A stretch of DNA of 63,619 nucleotides, filler included, from Xylographa opegraphella (Eukaryota): NCBI GenBank assembly GCA_022813865.1. It is 3 parts of 3 records of this genome, joined end to end, with 100 filler letters (N's around TTAATTAATTAA, not from the genome) between each part and the next. Parts side by side here need not be neighbours in the genome. Positions count along the whole stretch, not along the records: positions 1 to 25,624 come from JALDZX010000125.1; positions 25,725 to 51,045 come from JALDZX010000126.1; 1 more part is not named here. One strand, given 5' to 3'. This document shows positions 23,272 through 35,241 of this stretch, piece after piece; positions within the stretch are counted from its first letter, which is position 1; the number at the start of each line of letters is the position of its first letter. The notes under the pieces were generated by a model. That model was not told the DNA's origin, searched no databases, and saw only the letters and a program-made list of their open reading frames with translations. The position numbers and the translations under genes are program-made.

Positions 23272-25624
23272 CCTCTCCCCTGCCGTGACCTGAGGTGTAG
23301 CTCGGCGAGCTTGAGGTACCTTATCTTGCCGTTCGTGGTGTGCTTCCGCTAGCACTCTGGCATGTCTACCTCACTGCGGGAATAAGTGTTCTCATCGAGG
23401 GTGTTAGGAGAGCGCGAGAGGGAGAAGCGAGTGGCAGAGGGAGAGAATCATCCATTGGCAGCATGCTGTATGGTGCTGACCCTCGTCGTCCGCCCTTGCA
23501 ACGGCACCTTGGTGCTGAAGCGTCGGATTGCCGAGTTGGGATGGAAGTGTTGGAGGCATGGCCGGAGGGCTGTGGTAGCCACCTCAGCCTACCTCACCTC
23601 ACCTCACCTTTGTCGTCGCAGATGCAGTAGTGAGCCTCACCCTCTTCTATAGGTAGACTACCTTGGGGAGATAAGGTGTAAAGCCAAACGTGGCTGCGCG
23701 GAGATGTCCGTGCTGGCCAGGGTGTAAATGGGGCGCTAGAAGGGCGGTGGAAGGGTGTCGTGCATACGAGCCCTCTACCTTACCTTAATTCTTTACGGTA
23801 CGGGGCCCCCTCTGCCCTCCCGAGGTATGGTCAGCACGAAGGAGGGGGGAGGGCAGGTCGGTTGTCGAGCTCCATCGGCGCACTGGCTACAGTTTCCTGT
23901 TTCGGGTGGTGGTCGAGACCGCTTCGCCAGTAAGCACGGGCAGCCCTACCTACTCTGCAGCTGTGAGCAAAGCGCGCCAGAAGGGCCGTGGAAGAGGTTG
24001 TACGTGTATTCTATCCTATCATATCTCTCACGCCTGGCTTTTACCTGCCTGCCTGCCTTGCCTGCTACACACCATACCATACATACTCGACCTTAACTAC
24101 TTGACTCTGATTCCTGCAACACGATCGAGAAAACCGCATTCACCATCCCAATTCTACCTTGCACTCGAACGGCGGGCGGTGGAAAGGACCAATCACCATG
24201 CCTCGCTCAGAGATCCGCTGACTCAGAGCCCAATAACTCGCTCGCCCCGTCGCGTTTTGCATCTCTCACGTCAGCGATGGAATACAAGGTAGATTACAAA
24301 ACGACCCTGGTGCTCGCTAGCTCTCTCTCCCAACGATTCGCTCACTTACCGACCTCCCTTGCGCGCCTGCCCCAACTAGCCCTCTTGCACAACAAAGCCC
24401 ACGTGTTCTGCTCTCTCTCGGCTCGGCTCCGACGCATCCGGTCACCAGCGCGCTCTTTTCCGTTTCCCATCGCTTCGTCGGCAAAGCACGGACTCCGTAC
24501 TTTGCTGGTCGCGTCATGGGGATTGCGGACGTAAGGCCCAGGGCGCAGCATCCACGTAGGTAAGGTAGCTTGACAGCCAAAGTCCGAGTTTCTTTCCCAG
24601 GCCCGGCGAGGGAATCGTGTCCATATCATACCATGTCAGGTCAGGTCATGTCATGTTACTGATGACAGTCCAACACGTCGTCCTTCGGTCCCGTCCGTCC
24701 GTCCGTCCATCGACTTTCTCATCACCTGCTCCCCGTCCGCAACCCATTACTTACGCCGCAGTGGGAAATGCTGCGAAGTGGGCCGACGGAGCCCCGAACC
24801 CGAACCCGAACCCGAGACGGAAGGGGGCCAAGGTAATAGGGAGGGTTCGCGCGATGGAGGCATGTTACGAAAGGATTAGCGCCTTTGCGGCGCGGTGTTT
24901 TGGGAATAGAGGGAGTAGGGAATAGTAATCACACCGCGTGCGCGTGTGGATCGCGGGTGGGTACGGAGCTGGGGGTTATGGAGATGGGGGGAACGGAGGC
25001 GTGTGTGTTTGCGCGGTCAGATGATGGGCGGGTGGGAGGGAGGGTGAGGGAGGGGGGGGGGGTGAGGATTGGGATGGGATTATTGGGATGACTCGGATGC
25101 TGGTGGAGGATTGTTGAAGGAAGGGCGTAGACGTAGACGTGCGTGTGCGAGTGCGAAATTCCGAGTGCGCCCTTTCGAGGACGAATTCTTATGTTTTAGC
25201 GGGCTCGTTCCGGGCTCGACGGGCGGTCTGGCGCGGCATTAGCACAGCATGCATGCACGCATGCAGCGACGACGACGACGACGATGATGATATCTTTTTT
25301 GCTAGAGCGGGAATTACCGCACTCCGGAGATAACGAAGCCATGCTATCGGATTTACACTGTAAAGTCGATGATTCACAATTCCACAATTGGGGAGCGAGG
25401 GCACGATGCACGATAGCACGTTTCATGAACAGCGGTATTCTGCAATAGTTTTGGATCTCCAACTCAACCCTCCTGCGGGGAGCGAGAACGTGTGCTATGG
25501 CTACCAACCACCCATCCCAGCGAAGCCGAGAAGGCCCCCGTGGCCACAAGCGGTAAACTATTTCCTCCCCACCCACTGACCCCGTCCCGTGCCTCATGTT
25601 GTGTGGAGATGTCCCCCCCCCCCC

Positions 25625-25724
25625 NNNNNNNNNNNNNNNNNNNNNNNNNNNNNNNNNNNNNNNNNNNNTTAATTAATTAANNNNNNNNNNNNNNNNNNNN
25701 NNNNNNNNNNNNNNNNNNNNNNNN
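25625..25724. other. Assembly gap with artificial TTAATTAATTAA linker (same linker in the gap at 51046-51145)
   Basis: Identical 12-mer embedded in N runs at two gaps. Confidence 0.9.
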
Positions 25725-25799
25725 TAATCTGGGTTGAAATCGTCCACCTAAAGCTTACGTTCTAGGCGTGCTTGTGTGGTGAGTTGATCAGCCGTAACA
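25725..25799. mobile_element. LTR terminus of an LTR retrotransposon
   Basis: Ends ...AGCCGTAACA; nearly identical to 57890-57952. Confidence 0.75.
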
Positions 25800-27360
25800 T
25801 TTATATTATTTATATAAATTTATATTATTTATATAAATTTAATAAAAATTTGTTTAAAAAAATTAAAAAATTATTTTTCATTAATTAACTTTTATTTATA
25901 CTTAATAAAATTTAAATATATTTTTCTAAGCGAATTAATTTTAAAGGAGTTTTTATTTTTTACTTTAATAGAATTTTATTAAACGTGTTAAATATAATAA
26001 ATACGGAAAAATATGCAAAAAATTTATAAAAATTAAAAATTAAAAATTTTGTATTTTTATAAATTTGCTGAATAAATAAAAAATATACTTTTTTGATCGA
26101 ATTTAATGTATTTCCTTTTTGTTAATATTATAATAAAATTTAATAATATAATCGACAGATTCGTTGACAGCGAAAAAATCGATATAAAAAATATTATTCG
26201 AGAATTTAATATTATTCGATAATATTATAATTTTGAATATTATAATTTTGAATATTATCCGCAATCTTTTTACTCGCACAAATTCATTAAAGTTTATATT
26301 AACAAAATAAAGCGCAATTAATCGATTTTTCACGCGAGTCGAGCCCTCGTAATGATTATTAAGGTTCGAATCGCGGCTTAAAACGCACAGGGCGCAATAC
26401 GCTCGCAGCCTGCGAGCGAATTACATTTTGAGTAAATTTACAGGTTTAACAGTCAATATTTTGTAATGGGCCTGGCGGGAGGCCCTCGCTAAGGGCCCCT
26501 GGGGCTCCTATTAACACTACCTATTTTTAATAGCTATTTCCGATCGATTCAGCGAAAACACTCGCGGGGGTAATGTAAGGGCCTGCTGTAAACCATGTGC
26601 GAGCCCTGCGCAGCCTGCGCAGGCTGTGAAGGCCTTCGCGAAGGCCTTCACATTCTAATGTTCGCAATGACGCAGGCCTGCGAAGCACCCTGCGGACTCT
26701 GAGGACCCTGGACCCTGCCAAGGCCCCGAGCCCGCAGCCTCAAAACCCGAAGAGCCAGAGGCCGCGCTCGCGAGCGCGGACTTGCGCGAATTGCGCATTT
26801 CGTACCGAAGGGGTGCTAATCGTGCCTTACGGGGGGGAACCTGGGCACAAGCCCTCACAGTTTTTTAATCGTGCATTTGGCGCAATTATAAACTTCAGAA
26901 AACTGCCGATGTATTATATAATTTTAAGCGGCGATTTTTTTGATTAATTTTAATATATTTTCAACGTAATATTTTTTTATATTGTTAATCTTTTGGTTTA
27001 TTATAATTTTTCAATTAATTTTCGTTTTTCGTTTTTTAATTGATTTTTATTGCGATTATCGATTAATAAAATTTTTATCGTTATTTATATTTTATTTATG
27101 TGATTTTTACGTGTTAATTTTACGTATTTTATATTTAATTTATAAACAATTGAATTCAAAGTGGGAAAAGTTTAAAAAAATTTAAATTATAACGAAATTA
27201 TAAAACTTTAAAAAGAATTATAAAGTTATGAAAAAAGCTACGAATAAAAATTATAAATAAATAATATAAAAATTATAAAAATTATAAAAGCTGCGAAAGC
27301 TATGGATAATGAAAAATAATATTACATATATAATGTTTATAAAACATTACCCGTTTTAAA
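25800..27360. mobile_element. AT-rich RIP-degenerated repeat block with an internal GC-rich island
   Basis: Extreme AT content with residual C/G mostly in CpG; 25860-26130 resembles 59150-59450. Confidence 0.75.
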
Positions 27361-27547
27361 GCCTTTAAATTAGGGTCAGCCGAGGAATAGTGACAAAACA
27401 GAACCCAGAGGGTACAGCGGGGGATTACGGGGATGCGCCAGGGTCAGCCGAGGAATTCGCTGTTATTCTAGGACTAACTTAATAATAATTAGTGTTTATA
27501 CATCTCCACTATATTTGAATGATGCATGGTCAGAACGAAGTCTGGCA

Positions 27548-29482
27548 ATGTGTCCCCCTCGAATACATCGCGGCGGCTTCTCTACCGTACCTAGACCTGC
27601 ACAACCATTCCGAGTACACCATCAACCGAACCTACGCCTGTTTACCCAGAATTCACAGCTACTCCTCATCTACCCCACCTCCCCTCGACCACAACTACCT
27701 TTCCTTCATAGTCCATCCAATACATTTTCACAGCGAAATGTTACACGAACACGATTTCAGCTACAGCTTTCTCGTCTCCTGACTACCGAGCGGAAAACCT
27801 ATATCAAAGAACAAGCATGGGTAGCGGCGAAATATACCGCCTATGGCTGGACAGCGATAGCGCTTGTGGCAACCATGCTCTTTGGCATTGAAAACGAACG
27901 TCTCGAGCGCAGGTTTCCTTCCCCGAGAGAGTGGAGTTGGGTGTCCCGATGGTTGTACCGAAGCACTCGTGGAGACGAGTTACCACAAGCCAATGGCTCT
28001 GGACTTATTGACTGGGCCAAAACCGGCCAGGACTACCGACAACTTCTTGAGCGGCTAGAAGATACACAATTAGATGGTAAAGGCCTCCGACCATTACTTG
28101 GCGTCGATGGCGACATCTATATGGTCGGAATTGGAAAATCAGGCTTCGACATCTCAGTCAAATCGGAACCCTGGCGGCGAGGATATTATGCGGCCGTGAT
28201 GGGTGCTGCACGTGCGGCAGAGCATCTAGATACTTGGGTTCGAGACAAAACGCGCAATATTGCATTTCCATCAGACGTGGTCACCGGTCCTTCTAATCCC
28301 TATCCCAAACCTGTGCCTTACGGTGCTAAAACTGCCCCTTTAGAGGAGAACTGTGAGCCGGCGTTTGAGCCTCCAGAGTACTATTACATGAAGATCATTA
28401 CCACCCACGGCTTTAGTTCCCGACAACGTCTTGATGCAGTGCTGGCATATGCAGATTGGCTAGAATTCAAAGGTCTACCCGCGAGTGCAAAAGATATGTA
28501 CGATTGGGGATTAGACATCGCCAATGGAGCTCTTCCTCTCGGCATTAATGATGTCGTCGACACCAACACAGGTATCATAAACCCACAAGCCACATATGTA
28601 ACTCCGAACATCCTCCTCGCAACCACAGCCCTCGCTCGACACCATGCGCAAAACCAGAACCTTTCCACTGCTCTCCCAATTTATCTGTCTATTCTCCGCG
28701 CACAACGAAACCTCGCCCACTTGCCGTCAAAGTCTGTCAAGTCAGCCTCCCCAGACTCCTTCGATGTCGAGGACTCTGTACTCTCCCTGGTCGTATCGAT
28801 AGCCCGCTCTTTTCTAATCGGCCCCTCATACCCAGATCCTCCGGTCTCAGGCGACTTTCCTGCAACACGCAGCCCAATCACGATCTGCGAAGAAGCCGCT
28901 ACAATGGCCCACATCGGCGAAATCCTATTCGCGTTCCCCACTACTCCGTCATCCATTCTCTCCCATTCGACCAGCCCCTCAACTTCTATAAAGAAAGCAA
29001 CATCTGCTCACTCCTCGGGACTAGCATGGACGCGTGACTCTGTCGCTCTCGCCGAGCAGACTCTCCACTCGCTATCCAGTTCTGTGCAAGGTCAATCGTC
29101 CACGTCTGCTCGCTCATCGACTTTCCCTAAGACATCACTTCGCAGCCAGAACCTCTCGTACGAAATGAATACAGCTCGCCAGCGCTGCACGGAGTGTCTT
29201 CTCTCCAGTATGCAGAATTGGAAGCTGATGGTGGCACAATTGCGGCAGCAAGAAGCTGCGAAACGAGGGGCACGACGGAGCCATGGAAGAGCTCCACAGG
29301 GCTGGTTCTGGAGTGGAGGCAGTGTAGATATTGATGAGAGAGGACGATGGGAAAGAGAAGCGGACATATTGGAGGTGAAAAGTAAGGAGGTAAGCCGGCT
29401 GGTGAAGGAAGAGGGCTGGGTGATAGGCGAAGGGGTAACAGTTAGGGGAAGGGGTCGGGATTGGGTTTCTGGGGTTACGTAG
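27548..29482 (+). CDS. Conserved fungal hypothetical protein, probably mitochondrial, single transmembrane segment
   Basis: About 644-aa intronless ORF with an Arg-rich, acid-free N-terminus and one hydrophobic helix (YGWTAIALVATMLFGI). Confidence 0.75.
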   Translation: MCPPRIHRGGFSTVPRPAQPFRVHHQPNLRLFTQNSQLLLIYPTSPRPQLPFLHSPSNTFSQRNVTRTRFQLQLSRLLTTERKTYIKEQAWVAAKYTAYGWTAIALVATMLFGIENERLERRFPSPREWSWVSRWLYRSTRGDELPQANGSGLIDWAKTGQDYRQLLERLEDTQLDGKGLRPLLGVDGDIYMVGIGKSGFDISVKSEPWRRGYYAAVMGAARAAEHLDTWVRDKTRNIAFPSDVVTGPSNPYPKPVPYGAKTAPLEENCEPAFEPPEYYYMKIITTHGFSSRQRLDAVLAYADWLEFKGLPASAKDMYDWGLDIANGALPLGINDVVDTNTGIINPQATYVTPNILLATTALARHHAQNQNLSTALPIYLSILRAQRNLAHLPSKSVKSASPDSFDVEDSVLSLVVSIARSFLIGPSYPDPPVSGDFPATRSPITICEEAATMAHIGEILFAFPTTPSSILSHSTSPSTSIKKATSAHSSGLAWTRDSVALAEQTLHSLSSSVQGQSSTSARSSTFPKTSLRSQNLSYEMNTARQRCTECLLSSMQNWKLMVAQLRQQEAAKRGARRSHGRAPQGWFWSGGSVDIDERGRWEREADILEVKSKEVSRLVKEEGWVIGEGVTVRGRGRDWVSGVT

Positions 29483-30898
29483 AATTGCATGGAGGCGTGA
29501 GCAAAGAAGGATTGCATTGCACGAGGCGCCTGCGTGCAATCTTGCCGCTTACATGATGAGGATAGTTCCCTCTGAAAATGGAGAATATCATCTAGGATAT
29601 TCTGTATAATGTCCATATCCAAAAACGAATTGATCGAGGGTGGGCCATACAAGTAAAGATTAAGGTTCACCGATGCATAATACGTTATATCTGCCACGCC
29701 GTGCTCCAGCATTACTATTCTTCGTGGTTATTGGAAAAATAATGCGGTAGGGTTTCTCTTTGTCCTTGATCGTAGAAGATTCGGGAAAGACCTATGCACT
29801 GATAATATTAGGGTGCCGTATGTGCCTGCAGCCTCTACTCCGTGATTCGACGACGTTCCGATTACTCCCATGTTGGCCAACCACCTACATATCTGCGAGG
29901 GTTAATTTCCTGCATCTCTGCAACGTGGCCTAGTCCGTGGCATTAAGTGACCTATAGGCGTTTGACCACCTCGACAAGTAGTCAGCATTGACAGAGACGC
30001 TCTTGCATCACCAACGCTGATGTAGGTTCAATTTTGAGTTTGAGCTGTGTTGGGCATGTTCCTAAACCAGTCGGGAGCATTTCTAGCGTTATTCTGGAAA
30101 GATTTGGACCTTGCTTCGGTCTAACTAAATGCCGAATAGCTCTCCTATTTCTTCGGCGGTAGAATGACTGACGTATTTTATGAGGCAATTGAGTTGCATT
30201 ATCCAGAATAAGCGGTTCTGTATGTGAACTTGGTGGATCTTCTGAGGAACGGTCTTCGTTGACATACGGAAGCAAGATCCTCTGCTGCTGTTCTGATTAA
30301 TTTCACTCCTGGCTGCCATACCATCATTTTCGCGCCTGGTTTCCCCGACAATGGCTTCGATGCTATGCTACACGCCACAAATATTGAGCGTGATATTAGA
30401 ATCTTGGTTCTGAATGAGAGCAATGTGGGGAAAAGTAGAAACATTATTCAATGCAAGCAGCGAAACTATCTAAAAGTAACCCACCTACAGGTAGACTTGA
30501 AATACATTTGCTCGATTGAATGGGAACTCTCCCAAGACTATTTATTCTATTATGGACGTGATCCTCTATGTTAGAACTTCTTCAACTCTAACCATTGCTC
30601 AGTAGGTATCCGACGGATGGCCAAATGAACATATGCTGATACTTAACAACAAGTGAGCGCCTGCAAGCTATGCTAGCTAGCAGCGGAGCCACGAGGGGTT
30701 TCGTAGGCACACATATCGCTTGATATGACTGAACGACATATAAAGAGCACCGGTTTTCGGCAAAACATTCGCTGGACCTTTCAGAGTTACCATGATCTGG
30801 AAAAAGCAATATATGACACGACATGTTACCGTGCTTTTAGATTTTATATACAAGGTTGCAAGTCGATCCGTTCCAAGAGGCTCGGCTCCGCTGAAGGA

Positions 30899-33713
30899 CT
30901 AACTCGCTTTCCCTCCGACAACGATGCCGTCCATTAACGATATGGTTTCGGCTTCGAAATTCACCGTTGCATTGTTTCCAACTTGCACAGGTCCAGCTAC
31001 AAAGCTGGAGCCGATGAGAACGCCCTGCAGACTTTGCTGCGCGGTGATTGCTGCAGTGAGTGAGGACTGCTGTAGAATATAAAGCACAGCTGTGCGGGCG
31101 AAATCGAGATCTCGTTGTGTGATGTGTACCTGACCGTTAGGAAGGGTGGTGGTAGCGGGCAAAGTGGAGACAGAACCGGACTCAGTTATTGATACACCTA
31201 GTGTTGATAAGACAGATGGCGTGGTAGTACTGACGGCAAATACAACGCTGTTAGAGGTAGCAACGCCCGGAGTATTTTGAGCAGCTGCAGCACGTGGAAC
31301 ATGGGTCGCGATACTCATCGCAATAGTTTGGGAAGGTACTAGGTGTTCTTGTGAAAGTAGTCCCCTTCGTTGAGAGGCGCCATTGAACTGTACGAGGGCG
31401 TTTTCAGCACTGCAGGATAGATTCGTAGCGCTAAAGGCGGAGAGAATTGCAGTATAGTTCAACGGTATGCTGTAATTGGTAAAGGAGGCGGAAATTAGGC
31501 GAGGAATGTTGGTTCCAACCGTGGCATTATTGTAAGAAGGGGTCGATTGAGCGTTGGAGTTCACATTGATAGTCATACACTCAGCATCCGCAACTTGGCC
31601 ACAGTCGGTTCCAGTAAAGCCGTTGGCACAAATACAGCTGCACATGTCTCCAGAGATGGAAGTTGTACCTCCGTTTCCGCAAGGACTGCTGATTTGGCAA
31701 TTAACAAGGTTCGCCTTGGCAGCCTGAGCGTTCTGCCTAGGTATGACTGTTAGAGTGACAGGAATGATTACAGCGGCAGCTATCAGGAGGAAGAGAAGGA
31801 TCATAAGTAAAGCAAATGCACACAGTGGCATGCCGCAGCATCTACGACTTCCTTTTGTGCGTAAAGGTTCTGGCTTCGGATTTATGAGTGAAGAATGCAG
31901 TCCCAGACCATCAGCATTAGTAAAGGGAGAAGGCCATCGCGATGTCGGACGGCCTCGCAATGAAACTGGGGTGCTATTGAGCGCTGGAGGTGGAAATGAG
32001 GCCAGCATATTTGTCAAAGTTCCAGAACGGATGTGGCCAGATTCTGCGACAGCTGGTAAGCATTGAGAATCTCAGTAAAGCATGACGTAAGCTCGTACCC
32101 TTTTCTCCCTTTCTCTCATTGGCATTCATTATGTCGAACAAACCTAAACGACTTGCAGTCTTTCCTCTGTCTAGATTTGAGGCGAGTTTGGTTGCCCGTC
32201 GTATTAGCTCGGGAAGACTTGTAAGGCTGCCTCGTACCTCCGGGCCTTTGATTTCCTCAAGGTCACGCACGTGAGGCCTTCTGGTTCTGTTCACACAGTT
32301 CGAAGATGGGGATGTGATAGGTGACGGAGTGCAGGGATTAAGAGCTCCTCCTTTTTCTAATCCACCTAAGATCTGCCCAACCCTAGGATCAAGGGCACTA
32401 TCCTTTAGGAACTGGCCACCGATTGGTTCAACGCTCCTCTGCGTTGAGTTATGGTCTGTACTTGATAACTGGCCCAGAAGATTGCAAGTCCCATTTACAG
32501 TAGCAATATCGGAGTCCAAGCGTCCTCCTGTTGCACTATCTGACGTTCCAGAATCGACTTGTGCATTAGCAACAATAGCTCGACTGACCATATTGAGCTT
32601 CGATATACCAGCCGAAAGCGGAATACCAGTGTTCGTGCTTGCACCTGTGACTTTTTCCCGGCCCTTAAAGCTTGTCAGCTGAGCTTTTTCTTGCGTGCCT
32701 AAAGTAGATTTCTGTACCAGACTAGTCGATTCATAGTGCTCTGCCGATCCCAAGGACGGGTCACCTGTCCCATCGCCGACTTCATTCTCGTCTTCGTTCG
32801 CGTCTACTACATATGATTCGCGTAGTCCGTCATCCCAATGGGTCGGCATAGCGTGACTCAAGGCATATGAGTCATGACTGTTTTTGATGGACTCGGAAGC
32901 CTCCTCTGGAATTGGTGTGACGTACGAGCTCTGGGAATAATAGGAAGAAGCCCCTCTTCGTGACGAAGGAGGCGGTCCAAGAACTCGACGTGTGACTTGT
33001 GGTTGAGGTATGGCCGGAATAGCCGGGATCGGAAAGTCTGGGATGGACCCTACCGACGACGAAGTTGAGGGTCTACTGGAAGTGAACGATGCTCCAGAGT
33101 GTCTTGTTTTGGGAGTGCCGAGTGGACCCGCATCCCGGAGAAGAGAGGATGGATGATTTCGTTCCCAATAGGCGCCCTGTAGCTGCTGTTCTGTTGTTGG
33201 TGGCGACAGTGGTTGTCGATGCTGGGAGGGTGGCGTATGTTCTATTGACCGCGAAGTATCTAATATGGACGGTATATATGGCGGTCTAGACGGTCGTTGT
33301 GGAGGAACTCCTCTTTTCTGTGCACTATCTTTGGCAGCATCGTTCTTTCTTTGATGCGCGCCATCATCTTCGCTCAGTAAAGGCCATTGCGGAATAGATC
33401 CATGGTTCAAAGTCGAGGGGTCGAGAGTGATTGTGTTTGAAATAGGCCCGAGAATATTCGAGTGTGTGGAATTCTGACCATTTCTTTGCGGGTTTTCTGA
33501 ATACGGAGGAAATTTGTTTGAGGTTGACTGTAGGTGTTGAGATTTACCAGAAGCCTCGCCTGTCTCACGACCCACAATCAGACGCTGAGGTTTAGGCCCT
33601 GGCGGCAAGCCCACCAAAGCTCTTTCTCTTGCTGCCCTGACAGATCCGCCGGGTTTTGGCGCATACGGCTGGTCGGTGACGGTCAGCACCGGTGTCAATA
33701 TTTGGCGATTCAT
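30899..33713 (-). CDS. Type II membrane protein: long Ser/Pro-rich cytoplasmic region, TM helix, extracellular EGF-like module and Ser/Thr-rich region (intron 32044-32098; start uncertain)
   Basis: The intron joins ORFs 31974-33743 and 30899-32017 in frame. RRCCG precedes a long hydrophobic helix; CGNGG...CSCICANGFTGTDC fits an EGF-like pattern. Confidence 0.78.
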
Positions 33714-35241
33714 GTGTTCGAAAAATGTAGTCAAAGTGACCACGGAAGCCAGCCCATCAGCACCGACTACCGGACATCAAGGCCGCCAGTTGTGCAAACC
33801 GTCCCGCCAATTCAGCGCTAATGTCACCTGTCCGATCGGCCTTTGGTTAAAAGGGTCACCAAGTGCGACTGAGATGAAGTCAAAGCTTTGTCAAACGACT
33901 CGGTGGCTGGATGGATAGAAATACTGTATCTTTGAACGCCCTTCGACCAAGAGGTATAAGATAGCCGGCAATTCAACCCCTCTTATGCTTTTGAGGTAGT
34001 GATTGACGAGCTGTCTGTCTATGCAAAGATGGAAAGACTTCGTTTGAACCAGAACGACGAATGGAGGAGCGAACATGGGAAAGGTGGATATCCTATGATT
34101 TGGGTAGTCAGCTTCAGGTTCGTGAAAGTGTCGTGATGCGCATTATTCCTCCAAGCCGCACATTTAGCTCGACCAATTTGGCGGAAGCGCATGCTACAGG
34201 TAGAAGTGCCGTAAATTGGTAGAAGTAATGTGATTTAAAAGGACGCAGTGGTCCTGAGTCACGCGAGAATTTGGATATTCGACGACATACACTGCATTTG
34301 ATACCCGTCAGATCCGAAAGTCGCAGCAACCGCGATGCAAAGAAGGCGAGGAAAGAGTGAAGAAGATTCTGTCTGGAGAAGCTCAAAATGGCGATTTCCA
34401 GACTGAAGAGGTCAGGGTATTGGCGTTCGCGACCAAATGGTTAGAGTCAACGGATCGAAGGGCAAACGAACGCGAAATCGGCAGGAGCGTCAAGCTCGAC
34501 ACGAAGGGAGCAGAAGCAAGGCCACAAGGCAGAAGAGGGACAACAATAATAATGAAGCGATTGATAAGGGGAGCGTAAGAATGAAGGGATGAGGAGTGTC
34601 CTTCAACGACCGCACCACACCAGGGGCCAATCGTAGAGAGCAATACGCTCATAATACCTTAGGGTACTTGCCGTATCAGGTTACGGTCCGTCGCCTGAAA
34701 CACACGGCATGAGGTGCCTCGGGTACCTTACTCGGGGCTTCCCCTGGGCCATGACTCCGCCCGTACCGAGCACCGGCGTACCTTACAAGTACCGTAGTAC
34801 TCCGTCCTTTACTCCGCCGGCCCAATTAAATCGGCACTCGGGACTTCGGAAGCCTTGGCAGGAGCCGGGGTCCACGAGGGGGATTTTCCCAGGCAGGAAA
34901 GTGGCCGCAGTACTTTGTAAGTCTACAGCTGTCTCCGCCCACACGCTGCAGCCGAGTCTGCTCGGTGAAGATCTTCGGTGTTTGTGGAATGCTTTGTGAG
35001 GAAGGTGCGGTGCTCATTGTATGCGTGATGTTGGTGTGCTGGCTGCAGGAAGAGAGACTGTTCAACAGGCTTCGTTCCTGCTCCTTCTGGAATGGAGGAT
35101 GCTTATCATTCTGGATGCGGTTGTTTGTTTCTTCCTATAAAGTAACTCGGTATCTACTCGTGGCTTACGCTCCTCTAGTTAATATCGCATCGATTTCTGC
35201 TCCGCATCGGAGCGCTGCACCGCTTTTGCATGATACCATAA

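Noticed and set aside
25669..25680. TTAATTAATTAA between N runs (also 51090-51101)
   Set aside because: Artificial scaffolding linker, not biology.
26103..27185. Ile/Phe/Lys-rich ORFs in AT-rich DNA (also 57257-57511), or an organellar insertion
   Set aside because: Composition artefacts of RIP-degenerated repeats; no mitochondrial gene motifs seen.
29982..30824. Short minus-strand ORFs
   Set aside because: Interrupted by stops in all frames, with no family motif.
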